DNA of 64,000 nucleotides from Parasitella parasitica NRRL 2501 (lineage: Eukaryota; Fungi; Mucoromycota), in contig MU619353.1 of the NCBI GenBank assembly GCA_025201805.1, positions 39,867 through 103,866 on the forward strand. Direction: 5' to 3'. How positions within the stretch are numbered: the first letter of the stretch is position 1; each line of letters opens with the position of its first letter. Below are positions 45,293-56,312 of this stretch, one piece after another. The position numbers and the translations under genes are program-made. The notes below the pieces were generated by a model. The model was not told the origin of the DNA and ran no database searches. It worked only from the letters and a program-made list of their open reading frames with translations.

Positions 45293-47114
45293 TTTGTTGT
45301 TTGTACTGTACGTAGTCAATAAAGAAAAACAAAAAGAAAACAAAAACGCTCCAGCGGCTTATTTAATAGGTCATGTAAATCGTGTGAAACCAGACGAAAC
45401 TGGTTTTTGCTCAGCTTTCAATTGTGGAAATGAGGAACATCTTTGGCCTGTAGCGGAAACTATATAGAATCCACAGCTGTAGGACGAAGAAGATAACTGA
45501 AGTGTTGCCATTGACGCCTTAACCACAACTTCCACAGAATTTACTTTGAAGTTGCAAGGCTATATGCCACTAGTGCCTTCTTGAATGTCTATAAATTTAA
45601 CAAAATGATGAAACAGACTACAAGTTCGTTTCGGATCCCTTTAAAAAATGGCATGATGGTGCCCAGTGTGTTTTCGTGTAATCCAAAAGACCCTCAAGAC
45701 GCCTCCCCTTCACTTGAATATCTATGTCTACAACCAATTTTCAACCACCATGTTATCCAAGCCAACTCTCGAACATACCTTTTGAACCCACTTCATCTAT
45801 TGACTTTGCTCCTTTTACACTACAGCTGGGATTCCCTAATGAGGCCGATATTTTTCTCAAAAATTCCTTTGAAAACCTTTTAATAGGAGTGTTCTTTTAC
45901 TTTTGTGCCATCTCCTTAACATCAAGCGTATCCCATAAGTATCTTTTACAAGGGCTCATTCTTAGTAGTAGTATTTGAGGTAAACCATGGGTATCTCGGA
46001 TTTACACTCCACGAATCCTGATAGTGAAATCCGTTGCTATAGTTCACATTTTGCTAACCGTAACGTATTAATATTGTGTACAAATGCACCCATAGAATGT
46101 ATTTGTAATAAAGAATATTTCCTTGACTTGACGCAATAATCACATTAAAGTTCAACTGATGCTATCTCTTGAAAGTCGATTCGGGTAAAATACTAATTCA
46201 TCACTGATACAATTCTGCATAATCACACCTTAACTCAAATATTTCCAGTGTTATTTACATCCTTCTTTTCTTTGTGCTACTTCTTGTTCCCTCGCTAGTA
46301 TACTATTTTGACCACAGGGCAGTTTTTTGCTTTGATTTATTCTTGCCAAAAAGATGCAATGCATGCACACATATATATGTATAATTGACTAAAGGTATAT
46401 AGCATTCTTGTTTTGAGCTTATCGTTAACTAAATAAACAAAACCAATTAAATGTTTAGCCAGGATATCTTTTGAGAAGAATCTCATGAGATGCTCGTAAG
46501 CTAGACCCTTATTTTAATACAGCTCAAACCTTTTTTGTGCACAAATGAATACAAAGATAGAGTACATGGCTACTATTCAGGGCACCTGTTTGCATGCAGA
46601 ATAAAAATGTAATTAGCAGCATAATCTGCTATCGAATAATAAATGCACGCATGCGTGTTGTTTGCCGATAAAACTGAATCTAGAAGTATTCACTCTTAAG
46701 CAGATCTGATTATTACTTCAGTTTGGATGCTCAGATTACGTGTATGGTTTTTAAGCAGGGCGAATATCTTCCCTATAGTGTTTACCATTCTTCTTAGGAG
46801 CATTATTGATACCAGTTTGGTTCTGGATCTCTACATAATCATTTCCTATATATCTATATTTTATTTTGCACTTTGACTGTAAACCATTACTTATACACAA
46901 ACTATTCCCCTTCTCTTTCCTTCTTTGTTTTTATTTTGACTCTGGCTTCTAAATAAATAAGAGATACAACGATAAAGGAAGAAATGGGGAGTATGAAATG
47001 AAACCGTTTTCTGCCAGGACCACCGTAAAAAAATCCCTAAATTTCTGCTATCAAAATTAAAAGTTGTCCAAAGATGCATACTTCACTGTCTTTTTCTCTC
47101 TTTTCTTAATACAC

Positions 47115-48166
47115 ATGGTGGTTTCCCTTCTCAACAGTATAAGCGCTGAAAAGCCTTTCGGCATTTATCTATTTGACTATTTTGACAAGGCATATTCATC
47201 CGTTGTCGGTAAATCAGCCACAGAATTTGCATTTAGGCAAGGCTATACCCCTCTGTCCACTTTATCCGAAGGTAAGTTTTTGAGTAAAATACTGATACAT
47301 GCTGAATGCCGACTCAATTAAATCAGTATGTGTTGGATGTGTCGCATACATTGCGATCATCTTTGGTGGACGGTGCTTGATGGAAAATTACAAGCCAGTG
47401 TCTTGCAAACCCTTATTCCAGCTTCATAATGTGCTTTTGACAGTTGTGTCAGGTGCGTTGTGGGCACTCTTGTTTGAACAACTCTTTCCTCAGTTGTACC
47501 GCAAAGGAATCTATTTTACCATTTGTTCTGAAAATGCTTGGACACCACAATTGGAGTTGATCTATTATTTGAACTATCTGGTAAAATGGTGGGAGCTGGC
47601 AGATACTGGATTCTTGGTAATTAAAAAAAAGAAGCTTGGTGAGAATCTCTTTAATTGCAGTGGTTTTGACCTTCTCTGATTTACATACTCGATGTAGAAT
47701 TTTTGCACTACTTCCATCACAGTATGACAATGGCATTGTGTTATACACAATTGGTTGGTAAAACTACCGTGGTAAGTCATCAGTAGAATTAAGGGAGTGT
47801 TGTGTATTAGTCGAATAACCGCTGCTATAGTCTTGGGTGCCTATCATTTTGAATCTAACAGTGCATGTATTGATGTATTACTACTACTTCCGTACTGCTA
47901 CTGGGGCCAAGATTTGGTGGAAGCGCTACCTTACTACATTGCAAATCATCCAATTTGTCATTGATCTGGTTGTGATTTACACTGTAACCTTTAGCTATTT
48001 TGCATTCACTTATATGGATAGCCTACCCAATTTCGGCACCTGTGCAGGAACGGAAAGTGCCGCTGCATTTGGCTGTGCCATCCTGACGTCTTACTTATTC
48101 CTGTTCATCAATTTTTATAGAATCACTTATAAACAAAAGCAACAACACAAGCAAAAAGCAACATAA
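47115..48166 (+). CDS. Fatty-acid elongase (ELO/GNS1/SUR4 family), four exons
   Basis: YYLNYLVKWWELADT, histidine box FLHYFHH, NLTVHVLMYYYY, TTLQIIQF, SYLFLFINFY. Confidence 0.95.
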
Positions 48167-48168
48167 TC

Positions 48169-48927
48169 TCAATAAATTTTATTCTTCATTATAAAATCGA
48201 CGATGGATGGGTCAAGGGTTTTGTGGATTAGATCTGTGTTGTTTTGATGGATAGCTTCGCGAGCCATTGTGCTAGAAAATTGACTTGTGATGGGGTCCAA
48301 CTGAATGCGTGTAATGAGTGCCCTGTCAAAGGTTTTGTATGTATTAGCCCAGAAGTCCACATCCTCTTTGCCTCTATCGGCACAAATTAAATGGCATGAC
48401 TCAAAGAAAGGAGCCAGCGCCTCTTTTACAGACATGCCACTATAGTATTTGGGATCCAAGAGTCTGATCATAGTATCAAAGCCAACAATAAAGTATAGTT
48501 TTAATCGGTTAAAATAGCCGTTGTAACTCTCAGCAAACCAGGAATGTATGTATTTAGCCTTGTCCAAGAATCTTCCATGAGGTGTAAATCCAACCGCTGT
48601 GTCTGGGAAATGTTGCACCATGATTTCCATCATTTGAGCACGCTGTAGAACACTAGCTCCTGTCAATGACTTGTCAACGTTATTGGTGGAGAATAATAAT
48701 AAAGACCCCTTGAAAAAATTAGAAGGGTAGGATTCTAGCGAAGTCTGTAGTAGTTTAGCGTGTGCTTTTGTGGGCGGATTAAAGGAAGAATCCAAGACTA
48801 GTATACGGCATATCTGGTTCTCTGAAGTCTCAACGGGCCACTGGTTGGAAGGCGTAAATGTCATATAAAAATCTTTGGTGTCATTCTCTCTCAAGATGGT
48901 TTGTATAATCTCTATGCGTTCAGTCAT
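48169..48927 (-). CDS. POF1: Pof1-like nucleotidyltransferase (NMN adenylyltransferase type), intronless
   Basis: RILVLDSSFNPPTKAH (HxGH-like site), LLFSTNNVDK, FIVGFDTMIRLLDPKYY, SSTMARE. Confidence 0.85.
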   Translation of the reverse strand: MTERIEIIQTILRENDTKDFYMTFTPSNQWPVETSENQICRILVLDSSFNPPTKAHAKLLQTSLESYPSNFFKGSLLLFSTNNVDKSLTGASVLQRAQMMEIMVQHFPDTAVGFTPHGRFLDKAKYIHSWFAESYNGYFNRLKLYFIVGFDTMIRLLDPKYYSGMSVKEALAPFFESCHLICADRGKEDVDFWANTYKTFDRALITRIQLDPITSQFSSTMAREAIHQNNTDLIHKTLDPSIVDFIMKNKIY

Positions 48928-49128
48928 TGTATTACAGGAAAAGATGCCCGCAAAAGGGTGGTGTTTACACCACTAGCTCTTTTTATGTTTCTGCTGACGA
49001 GCTCTTTGGCGGGGATAGTCGCAATTAAGAAAAAGTAAATGAGTTTGCCTGTGTACGCACAGATAATTTCCAAGTTATTTATTATTCTCAAAATTAAACG
49101 TTTGATAGATTTATTTATAATAAAAGGT

Positions 49129-52100
49129 TTATCGCATATCACGTAAATGGACATCCTGGGTTGCTTGTAAGTGGACTTGAGAATTAGCATCGCTGCTGAC
49201 ACTTCCGCGGCTTTGTCTTTCACTAAACATGTGAGAAAAGCCGTTTTGATCTTCTTTCTGTTGCTGGTAGGGGCTCAACTTCTCAGAAGAAGAGAAAAAG
49301 GGATTAGCTCCTGTTTGAGTGCCCGGTGTGGCAATGCCATATTGTTGCTGATGTTGCTGTTGTTGTTGTTGCTGCAGGCCGTTCTTAGTTTGTGTTCCAG
49401 CAGCGGCATTGTCCAAGGAGCGGAAGACTTCATCATCGACATAATAGGCCTTGAACAGCAACTCTAAAATTTGCATACGCTCTTCCACACGAGACACTCG
49501 TTGAGCCTCGGTTTCTTGGCCCAAGTTCTGGAACTCATTGACGCTGAAACGGTGATGAACAGGGTGGACCAATGGAATGCCAGAATCGGTAGTTTTGAAC
49601 TTCTGTTGCAAGCCTTGGAGCAAAGATTGTTTGCGGCTACCAGTGGACCAACGATGGACAACACCCCAAGGAGATCTGGGACGGTAGCCAAAGAGCCATG
49701 CTTGAGCAGCAATCAACAAGCCAAAGATACCACCAACGAAACCAAGGGCATTGACAAGAGTGTACATCTTGACTTCACGGTCAACCAAAGTGGCAAAGGT
49801 CTCAGGGAATACAGCCAAGACACCAAGGTCAATATGGCCACTGGTGTAGGTAGGGTTGGGTGCCTCAGAACGGAAGTTGGACTCAATCTCGGGGGTGCTG
49901 TTGGAAACAGGCAAGAAGCCGACATAGTTCCAGCCAACAGGTTGCAAATAGCGGTGATCAACAATATCGTAGCTGAGGGCGCTATAGGTAAAAGGCTCAA
50001 TTGTATAGACATTAGTAGCTTGCAAGTCATTTCGCTCGGTAGTTTGCCAATTGAGGACGTCGAATTCAGACAGGTAATTGGCCATGCCATCATCGTAGCC
50101 GTAGACTTTCACGTTGGGATCCATTTCCTTTGCAAAGACAGATACATGAACACGAGCATAAGTGGCTGTTTGATCTCCAAACATGGTGAACAGCAAACGA
50201 GAGCCGTTGTTAGCACCAGAAGTTGAGGTCAATTTGAAGCTGTCGGGGGCACGGAAGAGGAAGCAGTTTACAGCGCCCAAATTGTCAGAGAAGGTGGGTT
50301 GGAAGACTGACATGTTGAGTGGCTTGATGTAAGAAGTGCAAGAGTAGCCGTTATCGGTTTGGCATGACACGCCAGGAGGGCCGTAAACGGCGCTTTCGGT
50401 GGGATAGCCATCATAACAGAAACGAACATCAGGCACATCTACCTCGGCAGCAGCATACTCGATTCTTTGTGTTACATTAGGGCTATCGACAGCTTGGCGA
50501 ATAACAAAATACAAGAACATGGCAAAGATAAACAGGAAAAATACCTGCGCAGCGAGACGGGAGGTCTCAGCCCACACAGGCTCACCGGTACGAGGTTTCC
50601 AGATATCGTTATGGATACGGACAACTAACCAGCGAATGTAGGATTGGAACTTCCAGACCAGGAACAGGATAATTACGAGTAATACAACAGCTCCGACAGT
50701 AACGCCTGCAATGAGGCCCTTCGAGACAGAGCCATCACCGCTGGACGATGATCCGCTGAATGTTTGCAGCCAAGTGCTAGTGGTCAAATCAAATGTATTG
50801 ATATCGTTATAATAAATGTTGGACGAAGAACCTATAGTCAAGAAACAAGGAGGGGGGGATAAGCAAATAAGGGATGAAAAAGGGAGGCAAAATATGTTAA
50901 TACAATAATCTTGAATTTGGCATCGATGCTATAATTACCAAACGCAACTGTAAGGTGTTTACCACCGTCCAAAATACCACCAACAGCAAAGGAACGACGA
51001 GAGGGAGGGATGCCGCCGATGCTAGGAATAGTCCAGGACCAAGTGTTGGTGTCGAGAATGGCCATGGTGTTCAAATACTGTCTGGTTCTTTGGCCATCCG
51101 CGCTGTCGCCTGCATGCATCATAATGAAAGTTAGTGATGATTAGATTGCACATGTACATCCGTACATACCTCCAAAAATGACAATCTTGTCATCAGAAGC
51201 TGTTAAAATAAAAGGGCATTATATGATCAGTACGCTGCTATATACAATGTTCAACAGTGCCAAAATGTACTTACTAACGACGGCTGTAAGGTCAGATGCA
51301 GTAGATGGGAAGCGAGAGGAAGTAGTAGAGAGTTTTCGCTCAACCCAGCCTTTGTTTGCTGGATCATAAACCCAAGCAGACTGGAGACTAGCGAGTGTAG
51401 AAGTGCCATTTAGCACAACACCGCCAATAACAACAAGCTGGCCGTTACTATAATTATTGGATGTAGCACAAAATAAATAACTTGAAATAATAATGTTCTT
51501 CCTTGTTATAGTTACCTTAAAATAGACGTAGTATGGCCGTATCTACCAAAAGGTGCAGACATTAGTGCCGTAGACTTGAAATTGGCGTCCAAGACATGAA
51601 AATCACTAAACACTTGGTTTGCACCCGAGATGGCGCCTCCCAAGACGTAGGTAAGTTGGTTTTTGCTGTCGTAGGTAGCAGTAAAGAACTCTCTGTTGTA
51701 AATGAACTCGGCAGGTGGAGGCGAGGAGACGTTGGCATTATTTCCAGCAAATGCGGTCCATGTTTGAGAAGCAAAGTTGTAGGTATAAATTTGAAGAGGC
51801 AATCCTCTGCCGTTGGTGACGTTAGACATGCCACCCATCAAAACCATGTTCTGGCCGTCAGCAGTAACGTAGGATTGACTGTATATGGTGCCATTAGGTG
51901 CGTTTGTTTGAGGGACAACCTCCCAATTATAACTGGTGGATGTCTGTGTCAATTTGTAAAGGTCGTTTGTATATCGTACAGTTGCATTTTCGCCACCAAA
52001 AAGATACAATGAGTCATTCTTTTGAGCAGATGCCATGCCGCCCTTGAACGGAAGCGTGTTCATGAAGCTAGGCACATAAAAGAAGGCTTGTGTTGTGCCA

Positions 52101-52147
52101 ACATAGGCTAATAACGCTGTCGTTAAAAAAAGTATCGAACTTTTCAT
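49129..52147 (-). CDS. Signal peptide, Kelch beta-propeller, TM helix and DEG/ENaC-like two-TM module, five exons
   Basis: Signal peptide MKSSILFLTTALLAYVGTTQA. Kelch blades (LYLFGG, MVLMGG, TYVLGG, RYGHT..LVVIGG, IVIFGG, PSRRSF). Four GT-AG introns keep the frame into ORF 49129-50841, which has three hydrophobic helices. Confidence 0.88.
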
Positions 52148-53301
52148 GTTGCTGGTCTATGGGTTGTTTTCTCTTTTTCTTTTTTCTCTCTCAATGTGTC
52201 CAACTAATTGCAAAAATCCAAGTTATTTTAGTTGAAAGAAAGAAAAAGGTATTAATGACTGTAAGTAAGAAGAAAAAGAGAGGAAGAGGGAAAGAAAGAG
52301 GGAAAGAAAGAGGAAGAAATGAAATCTAAATGTGAAGTGAAGCGATAATACATTTATATAAATAAAAATCAGGGGAAGACAAGCCAAAATGATTAGGGGA
52401 ATGCCATTTTAATAAGCTGGGTACCCATAATGAAGCTAGTTTGGTTGTATTTTGGGCACAAGAAAAATTGATTTAGGAGGTAGGACATATATGATGCTTA
52501 ATTACCACAGATTCAAAGTGGAGATCGAATGAGAACACTTTAGTAGAGATTAATTACATTTGGTATTCCGTTCTGTTTTAATATACGTATTATGATAGCC
52601 TGTCTTGTGCAATGGTTTGACTATCATCACTTGCAAACAGACTCAAAGCATGTTAATGGCTATTGAATTTATATAAATAAATGCAATAAATCTAAATGTT
52701 TATTTATATAAATCGTCCTTGTGCAGGTCACCCTGCCTCAGATTAATGCTAAACCACGTGTAGCATTAGTTTATTTAGAAACTGAAAGGAGGTGAGGATT
52801 TCTGTTGAGCTTTTGAGAATTTCAATATAAAAGCTAGCATTTTTTGCACATATTTATACCTCATTAATTCATTTCTCTATTGAAATCAATTTACTCCAGT
52901 ATTAACGAGAAAAGTTTGCCAAGTAAGCTTGTATAACAAAAACTTGATGAAAAATGGAACTGTTACCCAAAATCTTTCAACCGTGATACAGACATACTCT
53001 AAATCACATTCTACACTACCAATTTTCGGCTACTTTATACTATACATGATGTCGCACTCGAAGCAAGAAAATTGAATCAACATTTTTTTTTTTTTTTACT
53101 ATGCTTCTTAATGACTAATTTATGCACCCATCGTATAGAATGCGTTGCTGCAAATATCCTATATTTCTACTTCAGAAAAGTGACAGAAATTCACCATACA
53201 AAATTTAAAATTCTTGAGGGTCTAGACAATCTATCCTATTACAAAAAATAACGTTTTTTTATTCATTCTATTTACAAAAAAAGAAAGGATTTATATATAT
53301 T

Positions 53302-53763
53302 TTAGTGGTCGTTTTTGTGTCCAGAAATCTTGTTGGCCAGCTTTTCCAACATGTTTTCCACCTTATCAGCCAAAGTGCCATCTCCAGTATTGTTGTTGAC
53401 GTGTTGATTATTATTATCATTATGACCCGAATTTAAACCAATTGAGTTGTCGTTGCTGCTATGAGCTGGTTGTTGAGACTGACCATAGCCTTGTTGAGGT
53501 TGACCATAAGTTTGGGATTGCTCATTATTTTGGGATTGGCCATAATCTTGGGATTGGCCATAATCTTGGGATTGGCCATAATCCTGGCCTTGGCTATAAC
53601 CTTGAGGCTGCGTTTGACCACCAGCCAGAGCTTGATCAAAGGATTGGCCTCCAGACAACTGGCCTTGGCCGGTAAATTGACCTTGTTGGTCTTGTTGGCC
53701 TTGTTGACCATCGAGCTGGCCACCAAGGTCACCACTGACTCTACTGCGAGTATTGTAAGGCAT
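53302..53763 (-). CDS. Small hydrophilic Q/G/S/Y/N-rich low-complexity protein
   Basis: 153-aa intronless ORF with SQDYGQ repeats and a short amphipathic C-terminus (TLADKVENMLEKLANKISG). A TATA-like tataaa lies about 80 nt upstream on the minus strand. Confidence 0.75.
   Translation of the reverse strand: MPYNTRSRVSGDLGGQLDGQQGQQDQQGQFTGQGQLSGGQSFDQALAGGQTQPQGYSQGQDYGQSQDYGQSQDYGQSQNNEQSQTYGQPQQGYGQSQQPAHSSNDNSIGLNSGHNDNNNQHVNNNTGDGTLADKVENMLEKLANKISGHKNDH
53529..53584 (-). repeat. 18-bp tandem repeat, about three copies, coding (QDYGQS)n
   Basis: ttgggattggccataatc repeated three times on the + strand, with degenerate flanking copies. Confidence 0.9.
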
Positions 53764-54117
53764 TTTGATTTAGTTAGCTTATATGTTAAGACGATAGATG
53801 TTGAAAGAGAATATGTAATTTCCGAGAACTGCGCTTTATAGCCTTCGAATTCATGCGAAACCTATGATGGTGTAAGGCATGTTTTATTTGTTTGACGTTT
53901 GAAACCTGGCTTGTTAATGGCACGTTGGCTGCATTAAGTTCATTAATGAGTGCTTTATGTGTGCCTCTAGTAGGCTGATGAACTGGAACTCCTTGTCGCT
54001 TCCACGGACTGCTTTCATCAAAGATTTGATTGTTGTTGATGGGTCGATTGTTCGGACTACTTGCTATATTGTCTGGCAGAACGCGTTTACCCAACAACTC
54101 TTTATATCTATTAGATT

Positions 54118-55076
54118 ATGTCTGAAAAATACAAGAGTTTAAAAGTCAAGGAACTGCAAGGTATTTAGTCTTATCCCTGAGTCACCATGACAACTAAGCA
54201 ACTTTGTATAGAGCTGTTGACCAAGCACGGCCTGTCCCATACAGGGAAAAAGGAAGAACTGATTGAACGTCTTGTAAAGCATGACAATGAACTTGCGTCT
54301 TTAGATGATGAGTTTGCAGACCTTGATGAATTTGATGAGTCCAGAGTTAATCTAGAGTAAGTATCATTTTTGCTTCAAGCTGAATACGACTTATTTATTT
54401 GTTTATCAGTGACATTTCAGACTCTGTTAAGCCTATTGAAGACTTGACTGAAATAGAAGAGATTGCAGATGATGATGAGGTACTGAGACCCAAAGCCGCC
54501 ACCAGCACCACTGCAGAAGCCAAAAAACCGGAAGATGCTTCTCCTGCTGAAGTTCCTGTTACTGCCGTAAAACCATCTAGTGCACCTATCGCTAAACCCG
54601 ACTCAAACTTCAAATACACTCCCATTACGTTCGATAAACCAGCATCTGCTGTCAAAACTACCACTACTGCTACTAAACCAGCCACAATTGCAAAGGCATC
54701 AGCAATCGCTGCATCTCCTAGCCAACCTATCTCTGCTGCAGTGGATGCCAAGGAAAAATCAATAGGTGATGCCGAAAAAGCGTTAGAGCGTGCAAAGAGA
54801 TTTGGGATCCAATTGAATGAAAAGGCCAAACAGGACATTCGTGCCCAAAGATTTGGCATTGCAAATAAGGCACCATCGTCACCAGCGAAGAAAACAAGTA
54901 TTGACCCTGAGACACTTAAAAAGCGTGCAGAGAGATTTGGTATCTCGACACCTGCAGCAGCTGTGGCATCTTCGAAGGGTAAGGTACCAGTGACATTCGA
55001 CGCTGCTGAACAAGAAAAGAAGAGGAAGAGAGCTGAAAGATTCAGCGCCTCGAACAAGAAGCAAAAGGCGGAGTAG
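54118..55076 (+). CDS. THO1: SAP-domain mRNA export factor Tho1/SARNP, three exons
   Basis: SAP domain YKSLKVKELQELLTKHGLSHTGKKEELIERL; four RAxRF(G) motifs (RAKRFG, RAQRFG, RAERFG, RAERF). Confidence 0.9.
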
Positions 55077-55174
55077 TCGTCATACACACATTATCTAAAA
55101 ACCAACATAATATATACACTTTTCTTTCGTATTTTTTTTTTTCTCTCCTTCTTCAACGTTGAATAAAATAAAAT

Positions 55175-56312
55175 ATGAAAATAGGTAGAAATAAAGCAAA
55201 TCCGTTTACATTTAAACTTCTAAAATGCAACAAGCTTGTTGTCAGTTTGATACAATATGGTGTCAAGTTGAAAAAAATATGGAAACTGCTTCAAAACTAC
55301 TGGAAACGTACTGTGGCATTTAATTTATTTATTTGTTTTTACATAAACTTGTATGTTAATGGTCTCGTATAGGTACAAGAAAGGAGACATGGATATTTTG
55401 GTACTGCCAGAAATGGCCTTTACAGGTAAGTAAAATACAATCGAAGAGCAAAGAACCCTCAGCAAACCCTTGTTTGATACTCTAAAAAGGATATGTATTC
55501 AAAAATTTGCAAGAAATTATGCCATTTCTCGAAGATTCTGAAACTGGACCAAGTGTATTATGGGCCAAAAGACAAGGTATATAAACAGCACCTCTTGCAG
55601 CATGTTGATTTTAAATCAACGAGTTCATTTAGCTATTCGGCTAGCGTGTTTTGTCATTGTTGGATACCCTCAAAAGACAGGTAAAATCGCAGTAGATGGC
55701 GCTAGCAAACAAATAAATCAAACAGTATACAGATCGACAGAACTATAACAGTATCTGCTGTGTGAATCCAGAAGGAAAGCTTATCTACACATATCAAAAA
55801 GCCTTTTTGTATGAAACAGATGAAAATTGGGCGACAGAAGGACCAGGATTCGTGTCCACTCATATCAACGGCTTAGGAAAAGTAAGATTGACAAACAACA
55901 CATCACCCATACGCACCTTTCCTGACAAAATACAATTCATGGTTGATAGGTTGGGTTTGGCATATGCATGGATTTGAATCCATACCAATTCAAATCCGAT
56001 TTTTATGCTTGTGAATTTGCAAATTTCCACTTGAATGAGAAATCAGAAGTCATACTATGCAGTATGGCGTGGTTGAAAAGCAAGAATGGTCAAGTTAGCA
56101 GCACAATACAGTACTGGACCACAAGGCTATTACCGTTGTATTATGGGGCAGAACCAGGCCAACACACTATATTTGTAGCTTGCAATAGGATTGGATCAGA
56201 ACGAGGCAATGAGTTTGCTGGCGGAAGCTGTGTATTACATATAACCGATGACCGTATCGCAATCTTAGATAACTTGAAATGCAACAGTGGCGTTCTTTTA
56301 GTAGAAGTATAA
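55175..56312 (+). CDS. NTA1: Protein N-terminal Asn/Gln amidase (nitrilase superfamily), multi-exon
   Basis: Catalytic triad motifs DILVLPEMAFTGY, YQKAFLYETDENWA and GICMDLNPYQF; FVACNRIGSE..FAGGS. Confidence 0.9.

Noticed and set aside
53529-53584. Tandem repeat considered as CRISPR-like
   Set aside because: No spacers, lies within a coding frame, eukaryotic context.
53461-53841. + strand ORF with hydrophobic IILGLA repeats that looks like a membrane protein
   Set aside because: It is the antisense reading of the 18-bp QDYGQS repeat; the minus-strand ORF has a proper ATG context and coherent composition.
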